Source: Phoronis australis
Taxonomy: Eukaryota > Animalia > Phoronida
Assembly (NCBI GenBank): GCA_002633005.1
Contig: NMRA01000239.1
Span: 189,534 to 240,444, forward strand
Direction of reading: 5' to 3'
DNA length: 50,911 bases
Position numbers and translations under genes: made by a program. Positions within the stretch are counted from its first letter, which is position 1; each line of letters starts with the position of its first letter. Of this stretch, positions 37,490 through 49,489 are shown one piece after another. The notes under the pieces were generated by a model, which did not search any database, had not been told where the DNA came from, and saw only the letters and a list, made by a program, of their open reading frames with translations.

Positions 37490-37657
37490 CTGGACTTGAG
37501 GCAGAAGTGTAACAGGAGAATGCACCTGGATCAGCCTTGGCACCCTCCTCACAATCGAAGCACTCGTACTGACCCTTTAAATATTGATAGGTGTTAGCAG
37601 GGCATGCTACACACACACCAGTTTTGTTGGAGAGGAACGTCCCCTCGGGACATATGG
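37490..37657 (-). CDS. Type I receptor, ephrin-receptor-like (GCC2/GCC3) repeat exon (CPEGTF...CVACPANTYQ..GQYECFDC)
   Basis: tttccag acceptor, gtcagt donor; phase 1-1; typical CPxGTY..CxxCPxGTYQ..GQxxCxxC pattern. Confidence 0.9.
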
Positions 37658-38603
37658 CTGGAAACAGCAAATAGAGTCAACAGATGTCATCAAGACTCAT
37701 TGAAGAACAATGTACTCTGGGGGAAAGTAGTTAATGAATACCACAGACATGGGCATGAATGAAAGGCAAGCGAACAAAGTCCTGTAAACAAAGTACTGAA
37801 TAGTTATAAGATTAACACGAGTCTGACGGAGCTATCTTGTTGACTTGAAAAGACATGCACAGTTGATACAAATTGAACTCAAAAATATTTTTATTATTTT
37901 TATTATTTTCCGCTCTATTTTTGTGTTCTGTAGACCTCACCAGTCCTAACTAAACTCTTCACGCCAGTTAATGGACAACTGTAGAGAGAGGCCATGCATC
38001 TCAAACCAATAAGTCTATTTTGTGAAATTGTGAGGAGAGGTTTAGCTGAACGATGCTTTCATCTTTCTGGGGAGATACTAATTTCAAAATAGCAGGTGAT
38101 GGGAGCGCTTTTGGATAAAATCTTCGGAACATGATTAATAGACTCGCTTTCCAACACAAAAACTAAGTCTGCTAATTGTCATGAAACTGGTGTCAAATTC
38201 AATCCTCAGTCAAGAGCTGTGGGTTACTTATTGCACGTGACCATGCTTTGCGAATTGGTTTTTCATGGCGTGTCATTTTACGTACCTAGCATGGTCTCAA
38301 GGAACAGTCAACCGTCACTTCTCTGCAAGCACATAAATCGCTTCTCATTTGAGTAAGGAGCAAATTGAGACCAATTTTATAGTCACTATAGTCTAAATCA
38401 AAAGTCTGCTTCTTCGATGGAACAGGTTGGTATATGGACAAGTATATGTGTAATGTAGGATCCAATGCTGACAACACTTCAGAATATGAATGTTTACACT
38501 GGCAATTCAAAGAAAATGCATCAGGCTCAAGGCCTACAAATCCCAGCACAACGTAACACCAATACAAAATTACAGTCCCAAGTCATAGTAAAGAAATAGT
38601 TAC

Positions 38604-38791
38604 CACAAGCTCCACCCATTTTAATGTGTCCTGATGGACAGATCATGGAGGTGAGGATGCCTCGGGCACTAGTGGCCCGTACCCGATGTCTCTGTATGAC
38701 TATTCTCAAGGTCTGCAGATATTGCAACATCCTGGAACTCCAAAACTCCTTGACTTGCTCATAATCAAACATGATGTAATTTGCGATTTTT
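38604..38791 (-). CDS. Type I receptor exon ending ICPSGHIKMGGAC
   Basis: ttgttccag acceptor, gtaact donor; phase 2 to 1; CPxG leads into the Cys repeats. Confidence 0.82.
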
Positions 38792-39407
38792 CTGGAACAA
38801 ATGATTAATTATAGCTTTAATAATCTACTCGTGCGATCTAAATTCACAGGAGCACAGGACATTGTCTGCACAATTGCGTCCATTCTAAAAGGTGTTCCTG
38901 AACAATTCACTCTCATAACTGTCAGAATAAATATTGATTAAGTAATTAGTACAGATAATTCCATTTAAGTTGCCCAAAATTTGTGCATATGTACTTTTAA
39001 ACCATGGGGTCAAACTTGTTTACATGTATTTTGATGTCAAGATGTATTTTTAGATGATGCTAACTACTTCGGTTCTGAGGTCAATGCACTCTTAGACTAA
39101 AGATTCTAGAAATTTCTAAGAGCAAATCGTAACAGCTAGTGATATGATTAGATAAGATCACGTGGTTCTCATTAGCCAATCGTCAAGTAAGAACATTATT
39201 ATAATTTGGGCAGAAGTTTGCAAAATACTCCTGATAATACTTGTGCCAGTACACGATATTGCAGGAACAAGATTATTCACAAATGACTGGTACAGGCAAG
39301 GCGGATTTATATCCACTTTAAAGAAAGGTATTCAGACAAATATCATTGGATGTAATAAATGTGTAGAATGCATTAAACCATTAGTAGCAATTGAATGCCA
39401 TTCTTAC

Positions 39408-39666
39408 GAGAATGTAGCCTCGAACGTCATATGGATGGCAATGTCAGCGTCTCTTGCTGATGTCTGGGCCGGAGCACAATTGACTGACATGTTGCTGAGG
39501 TCACATGATGTAATATATGGTGCACCACACAAATTCTCAACTTGTTCATTTAGTGGACCAACAACCTGTTTCTCTAACTCGCTACTGAACTCATCTACTG
39601 GCTCCACACATTTTCCCGACAAGCTGATTTGTAAGGAATACGTTAAACTCTCCGGTAGTTGTGGAT
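39408..39666 (-). CDS. Type I receptor exon (post-Sushi domain, LTYSLQISLSGKC...SVNC...IHMTF)
   Basis: ttctag acceptor, gtaaga donor; open frame, phase 1 to 2. Confidence 0.82.
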
Positions 39667-39925
39667 CTAGAATAGAAGCAAAGTAAATCACGTCAAGTAT
39701 GAGAAGCATCAATAAGGAAAGAATGCGTATTATCACACGGTACAGAAATCCAAAGTGAAGGCAGGTATGGGGCCGAGTCCTTGCTTAATTCAAAATGTGA
39801 TCACAACAAATGGCTATATATAATCAAGTGACATGACCTTGACCCACATGCATACCATACTGGAAGTCAAACTGGCACTCCTGATGTTTTAAATGCATTA
39901 ACATGACACATTAACAAGAACTTAC

Positions 39926-40105
39926 TATAACAGGCCAACCCGCTAAAGCCATCTGGCAACTTTGGTGACCAGTCATTCACAGTACATGTATAATGTTGAC
40001 CAGGATACCTCGGACGGCTCAAACCGAGGCATTCCACAACACAGTTAGAGTTCGTGCAATTCCACCTTCCAGTGGGGATGTAGGGGTATTTCGGGCACAG
40101 TCGGC
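39926..40105 (-). CDS. Type I receptor, Sushi/CCP-like exon (LCPKYPYIPTGRWNC...CVVECL...YTCTVNDWSPKLP...AC)
   Basis: tttcacag acceptor, gtaagt donor; phase 1-1 module with the C-P..G..C..C..C..W..P..C pattern. Confidence 0.85.
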
Positions 40106-40883
40106 CTGTGAAATAGAGTAAAACACATAAATGTATTCTTCTAATCAGAAACACTGACGTGAGATGAATAAAACCTAAGCCCGCAGGGTTTTCCACGATA
40201 CAAAAGTAAAACTCAACGCTCATTGCTAAACTAAAGAAGTTCAAATGTCCATGTCCATACTGCATGATGTATGTATGAGTTTGTGAATGTGTGGTTTGAA
40301 CAGGTGCCCAAATTCAATTGATGCCTTCTTGTGCTAAAACAAATTCTTAAACTCCAACAAGATCAAACTCATTTCACTGTTCTCCAAACTTGAAGGACAG
40401 TCAAACATATCACAGCAAAATCCAAACTTTTTGCCGCGACAAGTCAAAACAAGGTCAGAAAGAAAACTAGCTGTTACACTCAATCCTTAGTGAATTGAAT
40501 ATTTGTGCAGACCACACATTACGGCGTTTTCCCGTTGCTCCCAAACTTGTTCGATTCTATAGCCCAACAACAAGTTGGGAAGTTTATGCCTGTAGCCAAT
40601 ATCTTACTCGACTGATTAACTCCATTCAGGCATTTATGGTTGGAGGGCTGGCTCTCTTTTGTTTGATAATTGCTCTAATCTTTGATCAGATAGTATCTAG
40701 CCTGACTGGGCTGTGCTGCTAAAAATGAAAGTTAAGTTATAACATATTTGAACATAAACCAATAGCATTTCTGAATTCCTTATCAAATGCTGATCATGTT
40801 TAGTTTTTGAATCACCAAAATCGCCCAACTACAACAGAAGTTAAGACAATCTATTCCGCCAGGTTTCAGTAACCCTTTGAAGC

Positions 40884-41038
40884 CTGGGAGATAATTGGCC
40901 TGCTTGTTGTCATAGGGGACAAAAGACTGAGCTGGGCAGTTAAAAAAGAAGCCAGATGTTATCGCAAATTCAGAACCCCTCACGTCTGGAAAAGTTGCTG
41001 AACGACAGAACGCTGTCATGTAAAAATCAGCGCTATCA
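40884..41038 (-). CDS. Type I receptor, probable exon (DSADFYMTAFCRSATFPDVRG...FFFNCPAQSFVPY); 3' end uncertain
   Basis: tttttgccag acceptor in phase 2 matching the previous exon; open frame; no canonical GT donor found in the required phase. Confidence 0.45.
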
Positions 41039-41654
41039 CTGGCAAAAAATTATGCACATTTTACCATTGTATCATGTCCAATAAATCGGGAAAGAAGGGA
41101 GTACAGCATAAGCTGCTAAATCGTTAACTATATAGCCGCTGGAAGACTATGTAATGGTGAGATTGTGAACCTCGCCGTAATGCGATACACGTGTCAATCA
41201 CTGTGACTGGCTGCTGCTTGATCTTAGATTGGGGGTCATTCATCAGTCTGATCCCGATCAAAGGTCAAGCAGAAATAATCACATTCACCAAGGAGGAGCG
41301 AGACTGTTATAACCCCGCCAGACTTCCAGTACAGTGGATATAAAGTCTATAACAATGTTATGATGTACGCTATACACCCTTCTTTACTTATAATGCATAA
41401 TTGGCAATTATGTCGCGTCCACACCAGGCAATAGTATACTCCCACAAAACATACAGGTAATTGTTTAAAATATGACGACAATGACTTAGACATATGATTT
41501 TGGTATCCTTCTATTCCTCGCAATGTTATCTTTCCAAATATACACAGAAATTTCTCCTACCCCGTTCCCTTAGTTTTTTGTCGTGAAATTTCTGCTCGCA
41601 CTATTTCCTGGTACTCGGTAGTAATACCACCATGTTGAATGGATAAGGAGTCAC

Positions 41655-41799
41655 CTGGTGGTCAAAAACTGAACTAATCTACCGACTTGCAGATCGTCGC
41701 TTTTCATAAGTTCAAATTGACCGGGACCCGTCAATCCACTGCCCGAGTTACGTAACCAAGGGTTCGAATTCGATCCTATGGTGACCCTGATATACGCAT
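41655..41799 (-). CDS. Type I receptor, probable N-terminal exon (AYIRVTIGSNSNPWLRNSGSG...LVQFLTT)
   Basis: ttgcttgcag acceptor, CAG|gtgact donor; open frame, phase 1 to 2, fits both neighbours; no recognisable domain. Confidence 0.55.
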
Positions 41800-42573
41800 C
41801 TGCAAGCAAGAATCTGCCAAAAAAGCGGAGGTTGTTTTTAAGGTCCAGATTTGTGAAAAAACTATCACTTCAGACAATTTCATGGAAAAATGGTCAAATG
41901 GTCACAATTCTAAAAAAATGGAAAACGTAAAATGCTTCTACTTGTGCATCCACCCGGGAACCAGGTTACATATTATGTCAGGAAAACTTTAGCAGGAATC
42001 TCGCGCGGGCATTCAGAATCAATGATGCTGTTTCATTCAATAACAATAGGTGTCGCTGTTATCTTGAGTTGAACTAACATGGCGTTGTCCAACGGGAAAT
42101 AGTGCTAACTGAAATTCGACGATAAAATATGAAGGAAACGCGGTAGGGGATCAATTCATATATTTTTGGAAAAGTGACGGCATGAGGAATCGAACGATAC
42201 CAAAATCATATGTGTAAGTTATTGTCGTCATATTGTAAACAATTACCAACATACACATTGAGTTATAATTAGACGGGTAAAAGACACAAGACAAGGGGAT
42301 CCCATAGACAACTACAGTCTCAACTGGCTGTAGTAGACAGTGGCCATAACATAGGTCTTCCATATGAAGGACGTAGGCAACACGTAGCCCCTTAGCTGGC
42401 TATGATGTAGCGGCTATGCTTGTAGCACAAACTGATGCCTGTGTTAAACTGATTTGATGCACATCAAATTGGCGGGGGTTGATGAGCCAAACAAATGCCT
42501 GTGACAAACTGAATACGTAAATTCCCAAATTATTGCCAGTGGTTTATAGGCTTTTACTCTTCCCACTCGAACA

Positions 42574-42709
42574 ATTCCAAGTTCACGCATACGCAATCTT
42601 GAGATCAAACACGATTCCAAGTTTACGCATACGCAATCTTGAGATCAAACACGATTCCAAGTTTACGCATACGCAATCTTGAGATCAAACACGATTCCAA
42701 GTTTACGCA
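42574..42709 (+). repeat. 40-bp tandem repeat x3.4; related 1.4 units at 31826-31882
   Basis: attccaagtt(c/t)acgcatacgcaatcttgagatcaaacacg repeated without spacers. Confidence 0.9.
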
Positions 42710-43610
42710 CAGTAGACAAGGCAAGCCATGATAATGATTGATGTTTATTATCTATAGACTATATAGTCCGGTTACCTATTGTCGTCAGGCTCCAAAGGTC
42801 GTCCGCCATCTTGTTTCGCGTGCAGCGCAACCACGCGGGACTTAGCGTTCCAATTTGGAGTGCTCGTCTTCACGTTAGGTACTAACTTATCGGAAGAGAC
42901 ACGTATCAAAGTAATGAGACAAAAATCGGTGAGTTTACCGATTGTTTTTTAAAACCACTTAAAAATCAGTAGATTTTACTAATACACTTTTTTGTGCGTT
43001 TTCAGAAGATGTTTTCGAATTTAAATTTTCTTCCGACGGGACACAAAACATGATCCAGGGTTTGTTTATGCAATGTATCTGTTTGTCCCAGGCACTAGTA
43101 GGATCTAGAAGGCCAAAGGAAAAATCCGCAGACAAATGCGATACGCTGGGTTCTTAACATTTTTGCCTCACGCATTCACCATTAAACTGCATTGAAATGT
43201 TGTCCAATTGGCTTTTATTGGAAACCACAGTGCAGAGCTCAACATCAAAGCTTCAAATCGAGTTTATGTCAATAAAAACAGGCTGTTGCAATTTTCATTA
43301 CTTCGTTGGCTTTTTTCTGCATGTTTCTCAGTTTTTACAAAAGGGGGCAGCATATGACGACTTTAGGTGTCACAATAAAATGGCTGCCGAAGGCAGTGCA
43401 CATTTGAAATAACTCGGCACAAATTAAAGAAAACTTCCGAATCGATGAATGCGGTATATCTGTGAGAGTTAAATCGAATCCTATTCAGATCATAACTTTG
43501 AAGTGGAATATTTCGGTGAGTACAACAGCAAGTCGGTTTTATGCTTAGGCGGACGACCATTGGGTTCCCGAGTATACGTTTTCAGCATCTACTCAACCCT
43601 GGCTACTTAC

Positions 43611-43686
43611 TTGTATTACATTCAATACGGAGTAGCGTTGAAAAAAACATCAAGAGTCCAACGGCATAATGAACGACAGTGGCCAT
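43611..43686 (-). CDS. Type I receptor, first coding exon, signal peptide (MATVVHYAVGLLMFFSTLLRIECNT)
   Basis: AAAATGG start context, hydrophobic core, phase-1 gtaagt donor; a ttgttcag acceptor near 43743 implies an upstream non-coding exon. Confidence 0.75.
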
Positions 43687-46184
43687 TTTTCAATGGGAGT
43701 CGGAAAATTTCACATGACGAGATCCAATGAAAAAAATCGTGCCTGAACAAATGAGAGGCCAATCTATTTTGCTCTTCGCCAAGAACAGGAACCGGAAATG
43801 GAAAAGTAAAAACAGAAGACACGTGACCTCTATAAGATCCGGGGGTTTCGTTCCGTGGTGCGAGATACGAATACGTACACGGTGTTGGCTTACGTAGTAA
43901 ATGCGAACAGAGTTTATTGGAGTCTGAACATATCTAAAATAACACCTATTTATTGATTGGCCAATAAAAAAGGTTATGTGGTGTATTTAAACTAGCTGAA
44001 CTTAAAAAGCATGCTTTTTTCAACCTTTTAACTCGAGTCGTATGTTATCTTCGCAGTAGTGGACTCTCGGAGTTCTCTTGCCAGTATATCGATCGGTAGG
44101 TTCACTGGCCACTAGGTAAATGTTTACCAGTAGGAAAGTAGAAGCGAAAAGATTCCAGGACTACTTTCAATTCAAGAATTAAAATATTTGAAGGACAAAA
44201 AACAGCACAAACTATTATGGTCGGGGGCCTATATCCCCATCCCCCGGCCGGTCCCGGCTGTGTGCACCGCCCATGCCCGACCGTGCAAATTGCAGCACTA
44301 AAAATGGGGGCTATAGCCGCACCACCCCCACCCCCCACTAAGCCCCGTATGGTGCGCCGCCCATGAATTAACCGTAGTGGCCGGCTGACTGACCGAGAGG
44401 CCGGGCACTAGGCGGGGGAGGACAACTATACCTATAGTATCATGAGTTCGAGAGGAGACACCTAGCTGACAAGGAAACGTGTAGAAACAGAGAAACTACG
44501 AGGGAACCTTTGTTAACTACCTAAGTCACGGTTTGATTTAACCTTTGTGGGCGGGCAAAAATGATTGGGATCGCTCTTATTAATTTTGCTCCCCACTACT
44601 AATGCACTGAAACATTCCTATACGTCGCCTGTGCATCATTTTGTGACATAAAACGCTACTTTTCAGTTTGCGGTGCTTAGTTATGATCATACCGTCATTT
44701 CTATTTTAACTAATTACTTATTTTTTCTTTTTAATTTTTGTTACTTGAATACGATGGGGTTGTTTTAATATTTGTTATTCAGTACTGTGCTATCATGATA
44801 GTCAGTGATATAGCCAGTGTCTATTGTTTTTTGTTTTCAAAACTGGCTGTAAAAGAAGTAATTAAACGAATCAAAGTAAAGAAATATAGATTGACAAGCC
44901 CACTGTTCACAATGTCACTGGAGCAAAAAACTTTATTTAGTATACTTGTGCTTCTATATTTGTGTCTCAAAAAGGTTATCCAAACACGAGCAGTATGCAT
45001 TTGATCGAATCATTGAGCAGCTCTTGAATAGCACTAAAATAATTAGTTGACTCCGAAAAATTGCAAAAATGAGGGAATTGAAATAATCTGAGCAAGTGGC
45101 CTTTTTGTTTTCGAGTTATCCAGACACCAAACCGGTAAGCTTCGACTAGAGACTTTAGGCCGCAAAGGTCGGATGGAAACGACGTTCCGCATACCCAACT
45201 ACAACCGCGAGGATGAGACTTCTTGACCATGTTGCATTTGCGCGTGTTTTTTAGCGAAAATCCCTTGATAACCTCAAGTCAAACACTTAGGCGCGCGAAA
45301 CGGCTCGTTCTAGATCTGTCACGGTTCACGCAGACCGGGCCGAGTAGCTCGAGATAAACGCCGCAGTTCAATGTTCAAGCCCGTTCGGCAACTTCGTAGG
45401 CTAAAGAGCCCTGGACGCAGAAAGTGCGAGGTTTTTCACCGCTTTGCGTACGAACGCCAGTCAGTGCATAACTAACAGGTTCTTTTTTCTTCTCGTTTCG
45501 CAACTGTACGCAGCCACGGTGTGAAACTCCTCCAGATAGTGAATCAAAACTTTCTTAAATAATGGAATTTCTAATGTTTATTAGAAATTTGATGGCGTAC
45601 ACAACACGATGATGGTGGACGTGAATGACACGAAACTTCTTTTTTTAGTAAACTAGGAGGAGAAAATTCGGTTAGCGAAAATACGTAAGAAACCATGTCA
45701 TTCTTCAAGGGCATCCGCGTTCCCATCGCAGAAACTAACTGAATTTAGTCCACTTAGGAAAGTTGTAATATTGATCTCAACTGATTCTGACGAGACGTTA
45801 TTTTTGTTTTTACTCAGATATGGCAGTATGTTATACCTCGAACGCGACACTCTCGACGAATAAATTGACACGCCGTGACAAGTCACGGACATTGCCTCAA
45901 CCAATGACGAATTCTTATTTATTTCCAAGTCCAGAAATAACACTTAAAGAACAGCAATTTAAAATCAATTTCATAATGGAAAGTGGTCAATACTAAAAGT
46001 TTTCTTTTTTGGGATGCTGATTTTTTTCTTGCTCTGTTTTTTACTTTCGTAAGTTAATTCCTAGATTTGGCTGTGTGCATTGTCACAGACGTTTTATATA
46101 CAGCAGAAAATGACCGGACTCGAGGGCGCTATTCCGTACGTACTGGGCTTGGGCAAAGTGCGTTTGTCGGAACTATAACTATCT

Positions 46185-46342
46185 CAGTAGCGGATCCAGG
46201 ATTTGGGGGGGGGGGGGGGGNGCAGAGTATTAGCCAGGATTTTGCCCCTCAGACGTTCGCACCCCCGAACGGCCAAATGGAATCTGGGAGAATTTTAGAG
46301 GGGCCATGGCCTCGTTGGCCCCCGTCTGTAAATCCGCCACTG
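46185..46342. mobile_element. hAT-like MITE with 5-bp flanking direct repeat; second copy at about 46633-46777
   Basis: tatct|cagtagcggatccagg ... aaatccgccactg|tatct; shares an internal ttttgccc.tcagac.ttcgcacccccgaac with the second copy. Confidence 0.8.
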
Positions 46343-46722
46343 TATCTAGTAAGCAAACTGAAATAGATCGCGAAAAACATGTACCTCGTGCAGAGGTAGA
46401 ATGCTTGCTTCCCAATTTAACGTGTTCTCTCAAAAGTTCACTAGAGATTTTGAACTTAAGTGCCTGTAGTTGTTCACAAGTGACACCAACGTTGCATCCC
46501 GCTATTCCGGGCATGTCCGGAGGTCGTAATAGCCCCAGTCTGCCAAGTACTAGTTAGCCTAATTTGAAAATGGCCATCAAGTTAAGTTCACTCATAAAAA
46601 ATCCGGGATAGACCTATATAGAAAAATGTACCGCGGATCCAGGATTTTGAGTTGGGGGGGGGGGCAAGGCAGTAGAATAATAGCTAGAATTTTGCCCGTC
46701 AGACATTCGCACCCCCGAACTG

Positions 46723-46753
46723 NNNNNNNNNNNNNNNNNNNNNNNNNNNNNNN
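46723..46753. other. Assembly gap (run of N)
   Basis: 31 consecutive n next to a poly-C tract. Confidence 0.98.
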
Positions 46754-48141
46754 CCCCCCCCCCTAAATCCGCCACTGGAACCGCGTCATGTGTCACTTCT
46801 TCAACAGATTTGTACATGGATCACGATAGACAGAATCCTTCGATATCAGGAACATTGATCTAGCTTATCTTGTATGGAGGAGGGCAATTATCGCATTAGC
46901 GATGACTTCAGCCGAGTGCAATAAAATACTAGTTGAAACAGTTTAAATTATCACGGATTAAAACTGGTGATTTATTTCGATATATTTGATTTCCTAAAAA
47001 ATTGAATTCCCCATAAAAAGTTCTGTTGGGGTCGTTTTTCTCAAGAAATAAGACAAATATTAGCCAAAACAACCGTTGCTGTTTTGTTGACCAAAGGACT
47101 CAGTGGTAACCGCTGGTTATCTCTTCCTGGTAATAGGTTTATGACTGGTTAGGTCTAACAAAAGATCGCGAGAACGCTACACAAAATGAATGGCTAGGTT
47201 GTTATCTGATGCTGGAAACCGCTTTCATCTGGAGTTGAATATTGTGCGGTTATGATTGTAATGGTCTTCACTGAGGCTCCCGGAGCCACAATAGCAGGCT
47301 TACTGAGTTTATTACGCATCGCCCCCCCCCCCCCCCCCCCCCNTAGCGCTTGACTTACTGATCGTAGTAGCCCCACAAGCAACCAGTTTTCAATAGTCGG
47401 AGCTAGTCAAGAAATGACTCCTTTTCCGATTAGATTCTCTAGATAAAGATTAACTTTAGAAACTGAACGGAACTCAACAAAAGTCTTCTTTTTCCAACTG
47501 CGCCAGAAAAGACGTGTTTCAATCGATAGTGGCACAATGAATCTCAAGGAACTTAGGGTTTACGTGCTAGCACAAACAATTCATGGCGAATTTTTCCTGG
47601 AAGCTCATTTGAAAGTGTCCGTTTTCGAGTCTTCTAATTCTATGGATGTTTCCTGACTTTCAGTATACTTCAAAAATATGGTGGCCAGTAGGCCTACCTT
47701 CTTGCACTAGTAGGGTGAAAAAGGAGATCATAGGAAATTTATTTTGCAAACCAGAATTGAAAATTTTTTGTTTTGATCTTTATTTTAATTTTTGTGTTGT
47801 ATAATAAGAGTTTTAAAATTTTCCGTCTTGGCTTTCCTTAGTGCAGTAGGCCAACCTCGGTCAAAACAACCAAGGACTGCCGGCGTCAACCCGTGCCAGC
47901 CGATCTCCAGTCACGTGATCTAGTTTGTACCGTTTACTTGCGTGTTGAGTATCTGCCGAAACACTTGCTCGAGTGTCTCGGCACTTGTGCGTGTGCCAAG
48001 CTTGTTGTGAGCTGGCGAAATCAGCGACTGTAGCTTAGACATTTGTGAGAAGCTTTCGTTTTATGTTGAAGTCATAAACGCTGCGTTTCGCCTTCTACGT
48101 CGAAACTAGGCTACATAGGGCCTACATTGATTTTTGTGAAA

Positions 48142-48202
48142 ATGGTCACAGACGTCGTTGGACTGCTGGTGTTCTTTTCAGTCGTACACCGTATTCAGTG
48201 TG
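48142..48202 (+). CDS. First coding exon (signal peptide MVTDVVGLLVFFSVVHRIQC) of a probable paralogue of the minus-strand receptor
   Basis: AAAATGG start, hydrophobic core, phase-1 gtaagt donor, downstream of a CpG-rich stretch; aligns with 43611-43686. No downstream exons identified in the window. Confidence 0.7.
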
Positions 48203-49246
48203 GTAAGTTTTAATGCCTTCACCTTGGGGTGAAATTCCATACCCGGCCTCTGTTAGTGACCTAATACTGTTGCTTATGATTCGTCTTCGCGTTAGTAGAA
48301 TACACATGGTTCCCAAACTGGCTAATTCCTGGCGTTGTCACACATGCCATGTGTGACAACGCCAGCGTCTGCTGTCCATCTCACATGGACAGTAGACTAG
48401 CCTACCACGTAGTGTGCAGTGAACTAGTCCAGCGCAGCTGTCACATATTGCTCGCAGCCACGGCTTGATCCATAGGCAATGACCATCGCCTCTGTTGGCC
48501 CGGGCCAACAGAGAAGATGATCATTGCCTACTTGTTCCAGTGAAACAACATTTTAGCCACTCACTTGACTTTAGAGTTTAGTAAGTGAACAATTTTGTTT
48601 TATTCTACATTGCATTCAAGGTTACAAACTTGACTTGAATTGAATTGAGTTAATAAATGTGTTTCTTGAAGAGTCTTTTGACTCAAAATAACTCTAGTCG
48701 ATGGTTTAGCCTGTTTCCCGAAATCCGGTTAAGGCAAAAATCAGAAAACCTGTCTTCAACTCGAAGCCAAAGGACAGAAGTAGGAAGCCTGCTGAGGAGT
48801 ATAGACAGTAGACAACCACCATATGAACTCAGAGCTGAACACAAAAAGGTGATTGCAGTGGCCATAGGAAAATGAAAATAAATTTTGAAAAACTTGTTTC
48901 AGAAACTTGATCTGCATTGGCTGAAAGTGAATTTTTATGATTTAATGCAAACTCCAATAATCAAAATTTTTTCGACATCAAAAGGTCACGTTATAATTGT
49001 GCATAAATGCAAAGTGACTGTAATGGAAGGGACTATGCCATCATTTTCTAATTAGCAGCTGATTTTTTTAAAAAGTAGTGCACCATGTATAACCTTATTT
49101 TGCAGTTGTGTCCTGTTATAGAGAAATTTTTTGAAATATTTTATCGCATCGAATATAAGCCGTGTCCAAATCCAAAATGTCCTCCGTTAAAGTAGGTGGG
49201 AAAACTTTATCCCCTTAAGTAATAAGTGGGGGTTAAACCCAGTGTA

Positions 49247-49489
49247 CAGTAAAATCTCACCAATTTAGGACACAATATGGCGGACAAGTCAAATTAATGT
49301 TTTCATTTTTTTAATAAAAGATAAGTAGCACCATATAGATGCTATACCAGTTTAAATGTCTATGCGATAGCTACCTTCAGACAATGTTTTCAGCAACTGT
49401 CGACATTCAAAACAAATTTAGAAGTATTTGAAAGTGAAAAAGACCAATTTTGGCAATTATTTTTGTCCGAAATTGGTGAGGCTTTACTG
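49247..49489. mobile_element. 243-bp Tc1/pogo (Tigger-like) MITE with TA target duplication
   Basis: ta|cagtaaaatctcaccaattt ... aaattggtgaggctttactg|ta. Confidence 0.8.

Noticed and set aside
39162-39686. 174-aa plus-strand ORF
   Set aside because: Antisense to the receptor exon 39408-39666, with no motif or splice support.
42574-42709. CRISPR-like array
   Set aside because: Units are contiguous with no unique spacers, there are no cas genes, and the DNA is eukaryotic.
44976-45943. Short ORFs between the divergent genes
   Set aside because: No motifs or consistent splice sites; the CpG-rich sequence fits promoter or repeat DNA better.
46201-47342. Poly-G and poly-C tracts as G-quadruplex regulatory elements
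   Set aside because: They are homopolymers, mostly inside MITEs and next to ambiguous bases, so their lengths are unreliable.
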